Shown here in pieces: positions 31,645-46,059 of a DNA stretch of 64,000 nucleotides; position 1 is the stretch's first letter; every line of letters begins with the position of its first letter. The position numbers and the translations under genes are program-made. Origin of the DNA: Octopus vulgaris (Eukaryota); the NCBI GenBank assembly GCA_951406725.2, contig OX597814.1, positions 210,676,001 to 210,740,000 of the forward strand, read 5' to 3'. A model generated the notes under the pieces. That model searched no databases. It was given only the letters and a program-made list of their open reading frames with translations, and had not been told where the DNA came from.

Positions 31645-32148
31645 TGTGCGTTGTTATCTATTTGTATATACATACATATAGTTGTGAGTAGGTATGGCCT
31701 GTCTATACATGTAGTGACACAGAAAAACAGACTGGCGGACAATGAGACGTATTTACTGTTGAATAGACAGTTAGATATATAGGCAGATACATAGATAGAG
31801 AGTTAAATGCGAATGAAGTCAAATAGATAGCTATACGATATTAGTTCTTCTGTATATAGCAATCATAATTCAATTAAGATGCTGATGTCATGTTAATAAA
31901 AAATATATGAAAAATTATAGTCATCTCAGATTAAAGAAAATAATATATATGTGTACGTATAAATCGCACTAATTCGCACATACACGCAGATTTTACAACG
32001 TTCACACTTATGTATGCACCTATGTGTACGAATATATGAATGTATATATATATATATATATATGCGTGTGTGTGTGTATGTATATATATATATATATATA
32101 TATGTATGCGTGTGTGTGTGTATGTATATATGCATGTATGTATGCATG

Positions 32149-32179
<31 letters not shown>

Positions 32180-33263
32180 CCACATATATGAATGTATACA
32201 TGATGTACACGTGCACATGCTCTATGCTTTTGACTGCTGATTTCAATGTATGCCTGGAACTATATATGCGTGCACCATGTTGCTCTATCTGCCAAGGATT
32301 TGCTTTTATTTTTCTTTCTGTTTGTTATCGTATGTAAATGGAGTGGTAAATTGAAAACCGTATTTCTGTAAACAAGAAAGGTTGAGAACATAGAATCCTC
32401 GTGGTGCTGGAACGCATCAAAGCCAATTCCTTTTGAAGCGAACTGCGATTCGTCAATGTCCTTAAAAACTACCATATATTCTCCTGTTTTCAATAGTTTC
32501 TTTCTCTTGGGATAATCATAAGATAGATGATACTCACCTAATGCAACTAGAGATATGAAAGTGAGATGGTTCATTGATACTGATATCTGATTCTATAGGC
32601 AATCTAAGTAATATTGATTGAATGCGGGATAAGAGAATTCTGAGAGTTGATGGAATAGATGACTAGTCAATTTATTTCGCATTTATCCTTAGCCACGATT
32701 TCAAATTTCAGTAATTTTTGAATCGTATTTCATAAATCTCGGGCAGATGCAAACAATACCAGTTGTTCAGTTGCATTTGCTGTCAATGAAAATTATGATC
32801 CCTACAAAAATAATGGCATTGTGTAGTATACGCTGGTATAAGCTTTCTGAGAGTAACTGATGCGCATGATTGCCGGATAGTGGAGTTCATGCCTTTTTTC
32901 TTCCGATGGAAGTTTACCGGTGAATTTCACCACTACCCGATTACATTGATATTTAAGTATTTCATACTAAAAATAAGATAGCGAAACACTTGAAATTGCT
33001 ATTAAGATAATTCATATGGAACATAAATATTACAGTATGGACTGCTATTTTTCTTTCGTGAATATAAAACAAAAATGAAAACTCTCTTATCTACTACCAG
33101 GTTAAATTATAATTTGAATTAGAATTTGAGCTTTCTGACCAAATGTTTACATTAGATGATAAATGAAGTTAAAGCACATATAGAACAAACCATGACATTC
33201 CTGATGGAATACTCCAGTTTACCTCATTATTCTCAATAACCTATTTACTGTCATAAGAAAACC

Positions 33264-33657
33264 AAGGCGTCAAGCTAGCAGAAACGTTACCACGCCGGCG
33301 AAATGCTTGGCGGTATTTCGTCCACCGTTACGTTCTGAGTTCAAATCCCGCCAAGGTCAACTTTCGGGGTCTATTAAATAAGTACCAGTTACGCACTGGG
33401 GTTTATATAATCGACTTAATCCGTTTGTCTGTTCTTGTTTGTCCTCTCTGTGTTTAGCCCCTTGTGGGTAGTAAAGAAATAAGTATTTCGTCTCTTTTCT
33501 CTCTTTACTTTCTGTGTTCAAATTCCACCGAGGTCGACTTTGCCTTTCATCCTTTTGGGGTCGATAAATTAGTTATCAGTTGCGTCGTACTGGCGTCGAT
33601 CTAATCGACTGGTCCCCCTCCCCCAAAATTTCGGGCCTTGCACCTAGAGTAGAAAAG
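33264..33657 (+). mobile_element. Dimeric group B SINE (two Nin-like cores with different tails) flanked by an 11-bp TSD
   Basis: Head GGCGTCAAGCTAGCAGAAACGTTA, two GTTCAAAT...GGTC cores, and TSD ATAAGAAAACC at 33253-33263 and 33658-33668. Confidence 0.9.
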
Positions 33658-33733
33658 ATAAGAAAACCGAAATATATGTCGGTGAGGTAGGCTACAATAT
33701 ATTTCAGAGTAATATTAAAGTTTATCTTTCTCC

Positions 33734-34137
33734 GACTGTGTGGTAAGTAGCTTGCTTACCAACCACATGGTTCCTGGTTCCTTTCCACTGCGTGGCAGCG
33801 TAGGTAATTGTCTTCTACTATAGCCACGGGCCGACCAAAGCCTTGTGAGTGGATTTGGTAGACGGAAACTGAAAGAAGCCCGTCGTTTATATGTATGTAT
33901 ATATATATATATGTATGTTTTTATATGTTTGTGTGTCTTTCTTTGTCCCACCAACATCACTTGACAACGGATGGTGATGTGTTTACGTCCCCGTAACTTA
34001 GCGGTTCGGCAAAAAAGATCGATAGAATAAGTACTAAATGTCCAAAGAATAAGTCCTGGGGTCGATTTGTTCGGCCAAAGGCGGTGTTCCAGCATGGCTG
34101 CAGTCAAATGAGTGAAACAAGTAAAAGAGTAAAGAGT
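33734..34137 (+). mobile_element. Group A SINE, near full length
   Basis: CTGTGTGGTAAGTAGCTTGCTTACCAACCACATGG...GGATTTGGTAGACGGAAACTGAAAGAAGCC, internal microsatellite, tail GGCGGTGTTCCAGCATGGCTGCAGTCAAATGAGTGAAACAAGTAAAAG. Confidence 0.92.
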
Positions 34138-34526
34138 ATCATAAATCTTCCATAAGTGGATTTGGTAATGAAATCTGAGCGTCTGTTCAGCATTTGCTTA
34201 ATAATTTTATTGCAAAGCTCTAGTATCCTAATAATTTCTGAATAATTGATGCTTACATGTGATAAATACTCATTGGCTTGCGACCTCGCTTAAATCAGAG
34301 GCGAGGAATTTTACAATGTAGTGCAACCCTTACAAATTAATAGGAGCAAATATTTTCTGCGCATCAAGAACGGGAGAACCATGGACAAATAATTTCAGAG
34401 GAACCCTATACCTGACATTCAATAATGTTAAGAGAGCAATGATTGATCAATATCAGGAATGGTAATTTCTTCAATATTTTGTGACACATTTAGTTCCTGA
34501 TTATTTAAGGATATATAATGGCATAT

Positions 34527-34831
34527 CACGTGATCACGTGACCGGCCAGACCATCATATGCTGTTACACATCGCTGGTCACAATGCGTTCGCATTGTTTT
34601 AGCCTTCGAATGACGTCACCCCGCTGGCTAAGCGAGCAGGCCAACGGAAGAAAGAGTGGGAGAAAGAGTGGTGAAAGAGTACAGCAGGGATCACCACCCC
34701 CTGCCGGAGCCTCGTGGAGCTTTTAGGTGTTTTTGCTCAATAAACACACACAACGCCCGGTCTGGGAATCGAAACCTCGATCCTGCGACCGCGAGTCCGC
34801 TGCCCTAACCACTAGGCCATTGCGCCTCCAC
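34527..34831 (-). mobile_element. tRNA-derived SINE, group C, tail type 2
   Basis: tRNA-like head TGGAGGCGCAATGGCCTAGTGGTTAGGGCAGCGGAC...GGTTTCGATTCCC; TSD ATATAAT[G/T]GCATAT at 34513-34526 and 34832-34845. Confidence 0.92.
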
Positions 34832-35537
34832 ATATAATTGCATATAATGCTTCGAAAACTGTCTGTGAATTCATTTACCTCTCCTTCACCCTAAATTTGT
34901 CAAGGCATTCTTTTCGCTGATCTAACTGCATTACTTAACATTCCTACTTTTGCTAGAGAACAGAACTATTTCAGTAGCGTGAGAATAAAACTAACTAGGA
35001 AATAATTAATATTTTCCTCATTTCCATTCTCTCTAAATCAGAATTAATCGTCAGGACGCAGCATTACTTTTTCTCCCAGTGCATACTTTCTTTTTGTTTT
35101 ACTTTTTTCTACTTTGTCGAGCATTTTGGCTTTTAATTTCCTTGCAAATGTTATTATTACTTTTTTTTCGATAATTCGCTTTTCAGAAGAAACATTCATC
35201 AGGGATATAGAGAAAGAAAAAAGTTTTTCTTCTACTTTTCTTTATTTTTTCAAGGAAAATATACAAAAGCCTTAATTAAATGCTTCGAGGTTGTGTCACA
35301 ACGCGCGAAATACATTATCATCGAGTGAAATACCAATATTTCTTCTTTAGAATTTTAGTAGTAAAGAGTGGTGTTAGTATGACCTTTTGGGGAAATATCG
35401 GATGTTTTCAAAGATAAACAGCGGAAACAGAAGTGCACGCACACATGTACAAAGAAAGTACTACATGTATGCACACACATATATTATATAGTGATTATAT
35501 ATGTAAATGTGTGTGCGTTTGAGTGTTTGTATATATA

Positions 35538-36691
35538 CGAGGGACGTTCAATAAGTAATGCCTCTGACCCACTTGCAGTTGTTTGATCTAGGTGTTTGAA
35601 CCGAGTCAAGTGTGAAATGGAGCCTGTTGAGTGTCGAGCAGTGATCCGGTTTTTGTATTTGAAAGGACGCACATCACGGGAGACTTTTGATGAAATGAAA
35701 GTAACTTATGGTGATGATGCCCCATCATATGACCTTGTAAAACGCTGGCATCGTGAATTCAAACATGGTCGGAACTCTGTGGAAACAGCTCCCAGATCTG
35801 GTCGCCCCCTTCTGCCATTGATGAGGCATCTGTCCATCAAGTTGTGGCTGCCATTTTGGAAGATCGACGCATAATTATTCGCCAAATAGCCCATGAGGTC
35901 AAGATTAGTACCGGGTCTGTGGAAACTAACATTCATGACCATTTGCATATGCAAAAGGTGTCTGCCAGATGGATTCCCAGGTTGCTCACGCCTTTCCAGA
36001 AGCAAGAGCGCGTCGAGTGCTCGAGGGTGAATTTGGAGATGTGCCAAGAAGATGAGTCAACATTTTTCAAAAGACTGATTACACACGATGATCCAGAGAC
36101 CAAAGCCCAGTCAATGCAGTGGAAGCACCGTGACTCACCCCCTCCAAAGAAGGTAAGGGTGCAGCCCTCAGCTGGCAAGGTCATGCTCACAGTCTTCTGG
36201 GACCAGGACGGAGTAGTGATGACAGATTTCCTGGCAAAGGGTACCACAATTGCAGGAGCCTATTATGCTTCACTTTTGAGGAAATTAAGAGAAGTTATCA
36301 AAATCAAGAGGCGGGGCAAGATCAGCAAAGGCATCCTCCTCCTGCAGGACAACGATCCGGTCCACAACTCGCGTGTCGCCAGATCATCCCCCCTACTTTC
36401 TTGACCCTGCACCCTCTGATTTTCACCTCTTCCCAATCATGAAGTTGTTTTTGAAAGGAAAGCGAAAGCGTTTCCCAGATGATGCAGCCTTGATTTCTGA
36501 AGTCACGTTGAGGTTGGAGGACCAAGCTGGGTTCTTCTACAAAAACGGTCTCCAGAGCCGCATCAAACGATGGGAGAAATGCGTAACTCTGGGTGGTTCC
36601 TATGTAGAAAAAGACTAATAACTGTGCCAAGTTTCGTTGCTCTACTTCTATGGGAAGTGGGTCAGGGGCATTACTTATTGAACGCCCCTCG
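35538..36691 (+). mobile_element. Mariner (DD34D-type) DNA transposon, near full length, non-autonomous
   Basis: 37-bp TIRs CGAGGG[A/G]CGTTCAATAAGTAATGCC[T/C]CTGACCCACTT with 2 mismatches; TA dinucleotide on both sides (35536-35537, 36692-36693). Confidence 0.95.
35617..36618 (+). pseudogene. Mariner transposase pseudogene
   Basis: Three frameshifted segments: MEPVECRAVIRF (HTH); WIPRLL, KVMLTVFWD, LLQDN; HPPYFLDPAPSDFHLF...RWEKCVTLGGSYVEKD*. The first catalytic-D segment (ITGDETW) is partly deleted, and there is a second deletion before HPPY. Confidence 0.92.
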
Positions 36692-36784
36692 TATATATAT
36701 ATATAGAGAGAGTTCACTCAAAAAGGCGTGTAAAATACATACTGTAATTATTTCTAATTGATCGCAAAAGCAAATAAACACTAT

Positions 36785-36880
36785 TGTGCAACTTTCAGCT
36801 TGGACAGTATGCAACTTGGACCCAGTGCAGTTTGGACCATGTGCAGCTTGGACCTTGTGCATCTAGGATCATTTGCAGCA
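36785..36880. repeat. 16-bp minisatellite, about 5-6 degenerate units (TGTGCAGCTTGGACCA-like)
   Basis: Units tatgcaacttggaccc / agtgcagtttggacca / tgtgcagcttggacct / tgtgcatctaggatca. Confidence 0.85.
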
Positions 36881-37231
36881 GCTTCGAATATGTGATATAA
36901 TATGTAGAGCAGAAAAACATTCGTACTCGGCCGATAATCTATTTATCAATAACAGTAGGATGGAATGGAAATTACGACTCAGACAACGTAGAGTCTTTAG
37001 AGATATCGAACTGCTGATATGTTACCTAACTTGACAGTCTTTCTCCTATATAGGTGTATGTTTGTGTGTGTAAGTGGAAAAATGAAAGAGTGTAGCACTC
37101 AACATATTCCATGTGAGATACGTGTACTATTTAGCAGCTTTAGAATCAACTTTACAAGGCATAAAATTTCGTTGGGTTATAGCACAAAACCTGTCTTCTC
37201 CTCGGTATAACCTAACGAGAAAATTTCGAGC

Positions 37232-37375
37232 AGGCGTGGCTATATGTTAAGAAGTTTAGCTCCTAAACACACAGTTCATGGCTCAGTCCCACTGTCCTCT
37301 ATTATGTGGTGTTCGGGCCGTGTAGAGACTTATGAGTGGACATTTTAGACAGAAACTGAAAGAAGCCTTCTATAT
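37232..37375 (+). mobile_element. Group A SINE, 5' part, diverged
   Basis: AGGCGTGGCTATATGTTAAGAAG...CAGTCCCACTG...GAGTGGA...GACAGAAACTGAAAGAAGCC. Confidence 0.75.
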
Positions 37376-37430
37376 GTATGTATTTGTGTATGTATGTGTA
37401 TATAGAGTTTTATCTTGACTACCGAGTAAG

Positions 37431-37529
<99 letters not shown>

Positions 37530-37919
37530 ATACAAAATATATGTGTGTGTGTGAATGTATATATGCATATTGGTTCTTAGCGTCTCAATTTTCAATGGTA
37601 TCATCATTTTGTGCCACCATGTTATATGATGTTTCCTGGTCACTTTAACCTTGCTTGCAAGCAGGTATCTGCTTACGCAGAGCGGAAGCAGCTAGGGAGA
37701 TAAATATATAGAAAAATAATCAATTTCAGGATTTCACTCATTCACTTTTTATCTTATCTTTGATATCTGTAGAATTTGAACTCAGACCCAAACTACCAGT
37801 AACCGACAAAGCAGTGAGTTCCGATAATCGCTAGATAAATCAAATGAAACATTAAAAAGTGGCATTGAACATAATACATTAAGTAACACACATACACGCA
37901 CGCACAATTACACATACAC

Positions 37920-38068
37920 ACGGCGGCCATCATTCAGTTTCTGCCTACCAAAATCTATTCACAAGGTTTTGGTTGGCCCATCGCTATAATAGAAGACACT
38001 CGCCCATGCTGAACTAGGAATCATAGGGTTGGTAAGCAAGCTCCTTACCACACATCCACGCCTGTGCC
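37920..38068 (-). mobile_element. Group A SINE, 5' part, diverged
   Basis: Reverse complement GGCACAGGCGTGGATGTGTGGTAAGGAGCTTGCTTACCAACC...GTGTCTTCTATTATAGC...GGTAGGCAGAAACTGAA. Confidence 0.8.
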
Positions 38069-39638
38069 TTCATACACATATGCAACGCACACACACACGC
38101 ACATACACATACATATGTATATATATATATATATATAGATACACGATAGAAAGTATTGTTGGTGATTACACGTGGTTGAATGTAAAATGAAAGAAATAGG
38201 ATGAAATAACACAGACGATTTGTTTTACAAGACTAAACAATATATTACAATCATCATAGCAAAAGTATTGTAAAACAGAACAAGGTCTTTCAGCATTACA
38301 CAGGGAAACTTTGACGGAAACATAAGAATGGGAAAATTGGATCAACACATAATGCACGGAAATTTCGCAATTTATTCCCTATTTCTCAATGTCGAAAACA
38401 CCCTACTAGTTTCGCGCTTTTAGCATCGATACTAGTGAGTCTTGGCAGCTCCAGAGAAGGCAGTAGCTGATAATAGCTAACGAATGTATATAAGGACAAA
38501 GACAAGGTCGAAAAATATAACAATCTTACGTACACAACGCAGAATAATACAATAATGAAACAAATACAACATATAAAGAACAATTATACATATACAATCG
38601 TCTTGTCACCCGTGAAGAAAATAAGGCATTTGTCATAAGCCGGATGTTGGACTCAATATCTATAGTTGGTTGCATGACTTTGCAACGTATTCGATAGTTT
38701 AGAAATAGTTGCCATAATACATAATTCAGTATACTCTGAATATATTAGAAAAAAATCAAATATGATGATAAAAGAAAAAGAAAATAAAGGCTGATTTCAT
38801 TTAAATGACATAACGTCTACGGTTATTTTTAGACACTGCTTTTGGGTATTTCTAATAAAGTTACTTTTCCTAACTCAAATTTCACGTATACATAATCCCA
38901 TTCTTATCACTCTTATTTATAATATTTCGTACGTATTATCTTTATATCGAAGAATTTCAACAATATATTACCCAACTACACTTTTAAGCATACAATGCTA
39001 TGAGATCATATTATTCAATTCGTCTCGTGCATCATGATTATGATTTATCATTCGGTTATATCCTTCATATTCTTTTATTGAACATATTTCTATTATTATA
39101 AATTGAATATTGAATATTGAAAATATGTCATATTTATACATTTATATATAGATACTTTTTAAAAGAATTATAATAAACGAATTGTTAGTATATCAGAAGA
39201 TTCTTTGGCAAAATCATATATCAAAAGTGTTAAATTTAACAACTCAATTTTATTTTTATGCTGTGTGAAGTCTTATGACGTGACTCACACTATGAATCCC
39301 AGAGGAAGTAAAGAATGAACCGAATAAATTGTTTTGCTATCTCGACAATGGTGTATGCAGAATGAATTCAGAATATAGAACATACAGGAACATAAATATA
39401 AACTTAACTATTCCTGTGTTGAATATTTTTATTGCCCCGTATTTAGCAATGATACTGTAAATAGTCGTTGGATATCTTGTAAAGGCACTTAGTTGCTTCA
39501 CTGATCAAATGCATTGTATATTTAACTGCCCTTTCTAAGGCTTGTGATATGCGTTTGTAAGTCAAACGCTCATAAAATCCCGTTTTAGTGTAAGCAAATA
39601 TAATGTTGTGTTAGATTGAGTAATATAAATTTTGTAAC

Positions 39639-39676
<38 letters not shown>

Positions 39677-42288
39677 AATAATACTCCTGTAACTTGTTGC
39701 TGCTTATTTTGATTATAATCACCCCACGGATTTTTATGGATAACACCATACAGAATTCTGGTGCATCTAAAATTAAGTACCACATTCATTTGAATCTAAC
39801 TTTTTGCTGAACTTATATATACATATATATTACATTAATGGTGCATCACGTTGCCTAATTTATACGAGCTTTATTCCCATTCAATTTTTATCAGAGTTTC
39901 TCTCACTAGCGCACGTTTGTCCAAAAGCCTCCCTTCATTTTCAAACACTAAACAATGCATCTTATTCCAGTGAAATATCCCCGAATCGACCTAGAATCCT
40001 CTCACGTTATGAAGTAAAACGTAAATCACACACACCCTTTCACTTCCGACACATTTCCCCATAACTCTTTTATAGACCATATTTTCTGCTTAAGCGTCCA
40101 TCAACCCTCATATGACTGTCTGTTGAATGTTGATGCATATACAGTCTCCAATCGCAGTCACATTTTTCGCATGGCTAAGAGCAACAAAGGCATCCAGTTA
40201 TTTCTGATAAAATACTCTCTTTTTAACTAACCTAAGCACATCTGCTTACTCAGCTACTCTTGACAATATTTTGACTATATTACTATTCCCAAATTCCATG
40301 CTACAATTCATCACTATCTGAAATAACAGTGAATGATGCAAATCAGGTCCACAGTTATTTTTCCTATATTCACCTTGGACAAATAGAGAGCAATGGAAAT
40401 TTTTTCCAATATATGACACTTTACAGTAAATACTTTCTCTCTGTACATTTATCTAAAACCGATGCATAGACATCCCCAGAGAAACTTGAACATTTTCTCA
40501 CCGACAAAACCAACATATATTAAACCAACATCTACTCTGTCATGGGAATTTATCTCAGCACACATCAACATACACTGTAATATTTCTATCTATCAACATT
40601 ATTGCCCAAGTTACATATCTTCCATTATTAACCGCTACAGACAGGGCTGGAACCTACCATCTTAGGCTTGTCCCTGTTCGTTTCACAAATAAACACAACT
40701 CATAAAGCGAAATTCCCGAAGTAAGCTCACATAGCTAAAGTGCAATAATTCTAACATAAAGCACACCCGCTATCTTCTGCAAAAAAAATCACATATCCAT
40801 ACAAACAATTCGGTTTTAATCCCCCCACACACACACACACAGCTCCTCCAATTAATTCCTCAACAGGTGAGCGATTCTTCTATCCAACGCACATTTCAAA
40901 AATGTTCTGCATTTCCCACAACTGATTATAATTTTAGAATCTTTTAAAAAGGTGTTCCGCCATCTTTGCAAAATTTTCGAGCACTCTACTTTGCAACCAC
41001 ATTTACGTTGTAAGCAATACTCAAATGAAGGATATATTCACAACTGTTACCAATTGACATCCAATTTACATAAACAAGTAGTATATCACTTCCAAATGAC
41101 TATCACCATATTCTTAAAATCACCCCCATAAATACATTCAGAACAACAGCAAAAACGCTCCTGCTTGTTTGAAACCACCAGGTTACGGTTCTAATTGTGT
41201 CACAATCCATTATACTTAATCATTGTAACGGTAGCTGTTGCGATTTCTTGTCGTGCGCTTCAGTCTCACTCTTTCAACAGGGATTTATTTGGATCTTTGA
41301 AAACACTTTGCAGTAAGCTCAATTCTGTAGGCGGAAAATCATCGTAACACTATCCTCTATTATTTCAGCATTCTAAACTTTATTTTGTCAGTTATTAACA
41401 TTCATCATCCCGATCATGAAAATCCCTTCTAGTAAATAATCGCTTGTATAGATCTGCTACAGAAATACTCACTTATGTCACACACCAGTGAACACCCGAG
41501 ATAATTACGAATACAGTGGTGCCACCATTCAAACCCGCAAAATATTCCCCTCTCATCTCCTGGATCGGATTTTTCTTATCAAGTCACACTAGTGCAGTTT
41601 CGCGATATAATACGAAATGCAAAGGTGAAACTTCTTAATACTAGCACTCGAGTGATGCATCAACATTTAGGTTTGGTCACCAAAAGTTTCTTAGACTTCA
41701 TCCATTAACTGCTGGCTTACACTTCCTACAGCAGAGGATACTATCGTTTACTCTTGCCTTCATTTCCTCATCGAAGTCTTTTCGAAATGGATTCCAAACT
41801 CTGCACGCATCTCATATAGGGATCTATGAATATTCCACAATGTTGTTATGCTCAAAGGTATCCCCTTCAACGGTACGAAAACAGAATATCCAGGTTAATG
41901 CCTCTCTATTGTCCAAAAGCGCATTTCTGATCACGTAACTATTGTCTAATCACATCCACCCACTAACAGACCACCCAGACCTACTTCTTTTCGATTTTAA
42001 ACTTCAACCATATTCACTCTGTCCCACCATATTCACTCTAACCAGTTACATTCCAATTTCCTCACGATGACAAAACGTTGTTTCTCAATCCATTTGCGTG
42101 TCTCTTTTCTGCAGCTGTCAACTGGCATCTTTGTACGAATTGCTTATAAAGCATCAGTGTTACTCGTCTTGACGTGCTGCAAAACATAGAGGCACATATT
42201 TTCTACATAAGCTATTAAAATATACCCAATCAATTTCGATTTCATTAACGGAAATATTGTTTCATTTGTCATCAATTCTCTTTGAATG

Positions 42289-42372
42289 GTGTATGCGCTT
42301 ATGAACAGTATATGCAAATATGAACGGTGTATTCGCTTATGAACAGTGTATCGACTTATGAACGGTACATAC
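42289..42372. repeat. 19-bp minisatellite, 4 units (GCTTATGAACAGTGTAT core)
   Basis: TATGAAC[A/G]GT recurs four times at 19-bp spacing. Confidence 0.85.
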
Positions 42373-45285
42373 GATAAAACAATATTTGTCATACTCCTAT
42401 TTACTGAATCATACCAGCGTTCAAGCCTTACTTATTTTGGTAATTACCACAAAAGTAATCTATAAAGGTCACGAAATATAAAACATATACGCATATACAT
42501 GCAAACACATACACACACATACACACACGCACACACGCACATACAAAACGCACGCGCGCGCACACACACACAGAAACACACACATGCATATATGTATGCA
42601 TTATGCATGTATTTATGTACGTACGAACATACAGTATGGCAATGCAGGCGATTCTGCATAAATTTAATCTAGACTACAACAGAAGATTCTATAATAGCCG
42701 CAGACTCTGCTAAATGTTGCAGTTAAATCTTCCCCTCAACACACACATAAATACATACGCGCATACACACCTACACACCCACGCCTCCTAAAACATTTTT
42801 AAATGTAAAAAATCGGAATAGCCTCGGCTAAAATGCGTTTGATAATAGGTCTGCTGGGTCAAGTTTGACGAACTGGGACTAAACTACAACAGTTATTAGC
42901 AAGGGAAAAAAAATGATAAAACGAGAAACAACTATCCTTTAAGCATCAATCCATCATATATAATCTGGCTAAGCAAACTACTACTTGTACTAACCACGCA
43001 CGCTGCTATTTATCTATAAATCAACAAGGCTATTTGTTAACATCTACAATTTTCCCTCACGCTTCAGTAACGTCTGTATTTATTTCCAAGAGATTAAAAT
43101 TGATAATTGTTCTTTGATTTTTCGCTGTTCATGATGATCAAGTTGATGGTAGTGTTGGTGGTTGTGATAATGATTATAATAATAAAACTAAGAAAAAAAA
43201 ATAATTGTTTGACATTTAGTGGTTTATGGCCCGATATAACTGCAAAAAGTTATCTAGATATATACATGACTTTTAAAGAATCAAAATTTTCTATTTGAAT
43301 ATCGACCATATATTTAGATCTATGCTGGCGTCTCCTAAGTTAATTGTTTTACATTGTTTATATTCGATATTATTCTTTGATCAAACACCAACACAATTGT
43401 TGTCTCTATCCGGTCAAATATAGCTGCTAAAATGAGATATCAACAGAGCTAACTATGCAAGATGGATGTTTGATATATTGTAAAGCAAAAGAAAACAGTT
43501 TAATGTAATACACGAGACGAAAATGTCTTTGGTATCACAATAGAACTACTCCCTATCCAATTGATTTCGTCCTCTCATTAAAGGCACACTTTTTTCTATT
43601 TCATAGAAAATTTAAGGTTTGTAGTAAGTAAAGTATTCATATTTACACCAACTGAAATATTCAAATACACATGAATCTTCCTATTTTGAGGTTAATGAGT
43701 ATTCAAGCCTTTATTATAAATTACGATCGATATGGAATACATTTCATAAAGGCATTCACCAACTAGCGTCAGATTACGTGGTATGGAAAGCTTCATTAGA
43801 TAAACGTATAGAATTTATAATCCAAATGGACATTTTTTGACCGATTCTTCCTCAGTATATATTTAAAGTTTTGATGGCAATTTATATTGTGTACATCACT
43901 GTATATACTTGGATACACCAGCATAATTACATGCATACAGACATACATATATACATGCATATACATAAATATATCATATTATAAATATATATATATATGT
44001 ATATGCATATATACACACACGTATATATTGTGTACATATATAGTATATATTATATTAATTATTGTGGATGCCTCAGATTGTGTGCACATATGCGTGAGTT
44101 TACATATGTGTGCCAGTGTACGCTAGAGTGTATGTAAATGTGAGTGTGCATATGTGTGTGTGGGTGGGGCATGTATACAATGTGAAACCAAGAATATATG
44201 TTGACACCCTATGGACTGGATGATATACATATGCTTGCTGGATTAGCTAAATATACAAGCAAAATCTTTCTAGGATAATACTCAATACCTTCTTTATGAG
44301 AAATGCTTACATCGGAATAAGATTGTACAAAGTCCATTTAAATAAACACAAACACACACACACATATTTATGTATGCATTTGTGTATACATAAATACCTA
44401 CATACACAAATGCCTACAAGGACACATACATGCATACATGCATGCATACATACATACATACACACATAAATACAAACATGCATATATATATATATATCTA
44501 TATATAAATATATATATATATATATATAGGAGCTTTTGTGTATGTAGGTATGTGTGTGTGTAAATATTTACACTTGCGTACGCATATTATTGTGTATATA
44601 TCTTTTTCTTCATGTATATGTGCAACCTGGTGCGAGTGCGCGTATATTTGCTCGTCATATTCCATTTTTTGCCTGCATTTACGTGAAAACAAGAACATCA
44701 AACCCGTATTAATATTTACACAAACAAGACCCAGGAAATAACATATACCAGTGTAGAATTATCTCATTCATTCATTCATAAGCAAATTGCGTTTAGGTAC
44801 TTATAACACTATTGTATCCATCGCTTTGTTTATTTTACTTCACCTAATTTCAATAAATTGTTTTGAAAAGAAGAATAATGGCATAGATTAAGCCAAAGAG
44901 CAATTAACTATCTGCCGTAATTGAATGCGTTATTTTTCACTGATTATTTTATTAAAACGACTTATATTATTGAAGCCATTATCGTTTAAGATTGCTTGCT
45001 ATTTTGGACAGTGTCACCGATAACCAACAGTGAGTAACGAAAACACTAGAATATTTGTTGATCATCAATTATGTATAGTCAGAGTAATAAAAGTAGCGAC
45101 AAATCTATTTGCATTTACATCAATGTAAACACAAGCATCACATTGCCAGTTTTAATTTTTCTCGGTTTCGTATGCCTGAATCGATTAGTAATCTTATTCT
45201 TTTTTAAAATATATTTCTATATGATTTCTCCTCTTTCCAATATATATATATATATATATATATAACGGGAAGCTTTATGAAAATA

Positions 45286-45321
<36 letters not shown>

Positions 45322-45363
45322 ATCCATATATATACATATATACATATACATATATATATACAG

Positions 45364-45422
<59 letters not shown>

Positions 45423-45601
45423 CTATATCTATATCTATATACATATGTATATCCATTTAAATATATATGCATATACATTTGTACACATTACTCTTGGGAT
45501 AGAAATATGAATGCATACATATAAGTGTATAGATAAATATATAAATATATATGTGTATATATATATATATATACAAATATATATATATATATGTGTGTGT
45601 G

Positions 45602-45633
<32 letters not shown>

Positions 45634-46059
45634 CGCATGTGTATATATATATGTGTGTATATACATGTATTTACACATACACAAACACATACATATACAT
45701 ATATATGTGACATATACATATATATATATGTGTGTGTGTGTGTGTGTACATATAGGCTGATTTATTTACACTTATTTACTGATGTCATGCATTTTATAGT
45801 AAGATTCACTATATCAAATAAGTTTTGCCGTTAACAGGGAATGAGAAATTTATTGTCAAAAAACGCTGTTGCTTAAAGCAAAAGCATTGAAAGAAAGTGA
45901 CCAAAGTTATATGGAGAATCCATTTAATATTGAATATTTAGTATAGTTTTAGTTCTTTCACGGACTTTTTAAATTAATCGAAAGTGAACAAACAATATTA
46001 AAGCTATTTGAATTAATAGATATTTATGTTCATTCTTAAAATTAGTGTGTGTTTATGGT

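Noticed and set aside
32260-32574. 104-aa non-repetitive ORF (also 11718-12002, 25443-25838)
   Set aside because: No recognisable domain or splice support; such lengths can arise by chance.
36785-42372. CRISPR-like arrays at the 16-bp and 19-bp tandem repeats
   Set aside because: No unique spacers or cas genes, and the context is eukaryotic.
43460-43485. Resemblance to miR-190 (ATGTTTGATATA)
   Set aside because: The seed region differs and I found no complementary arm.
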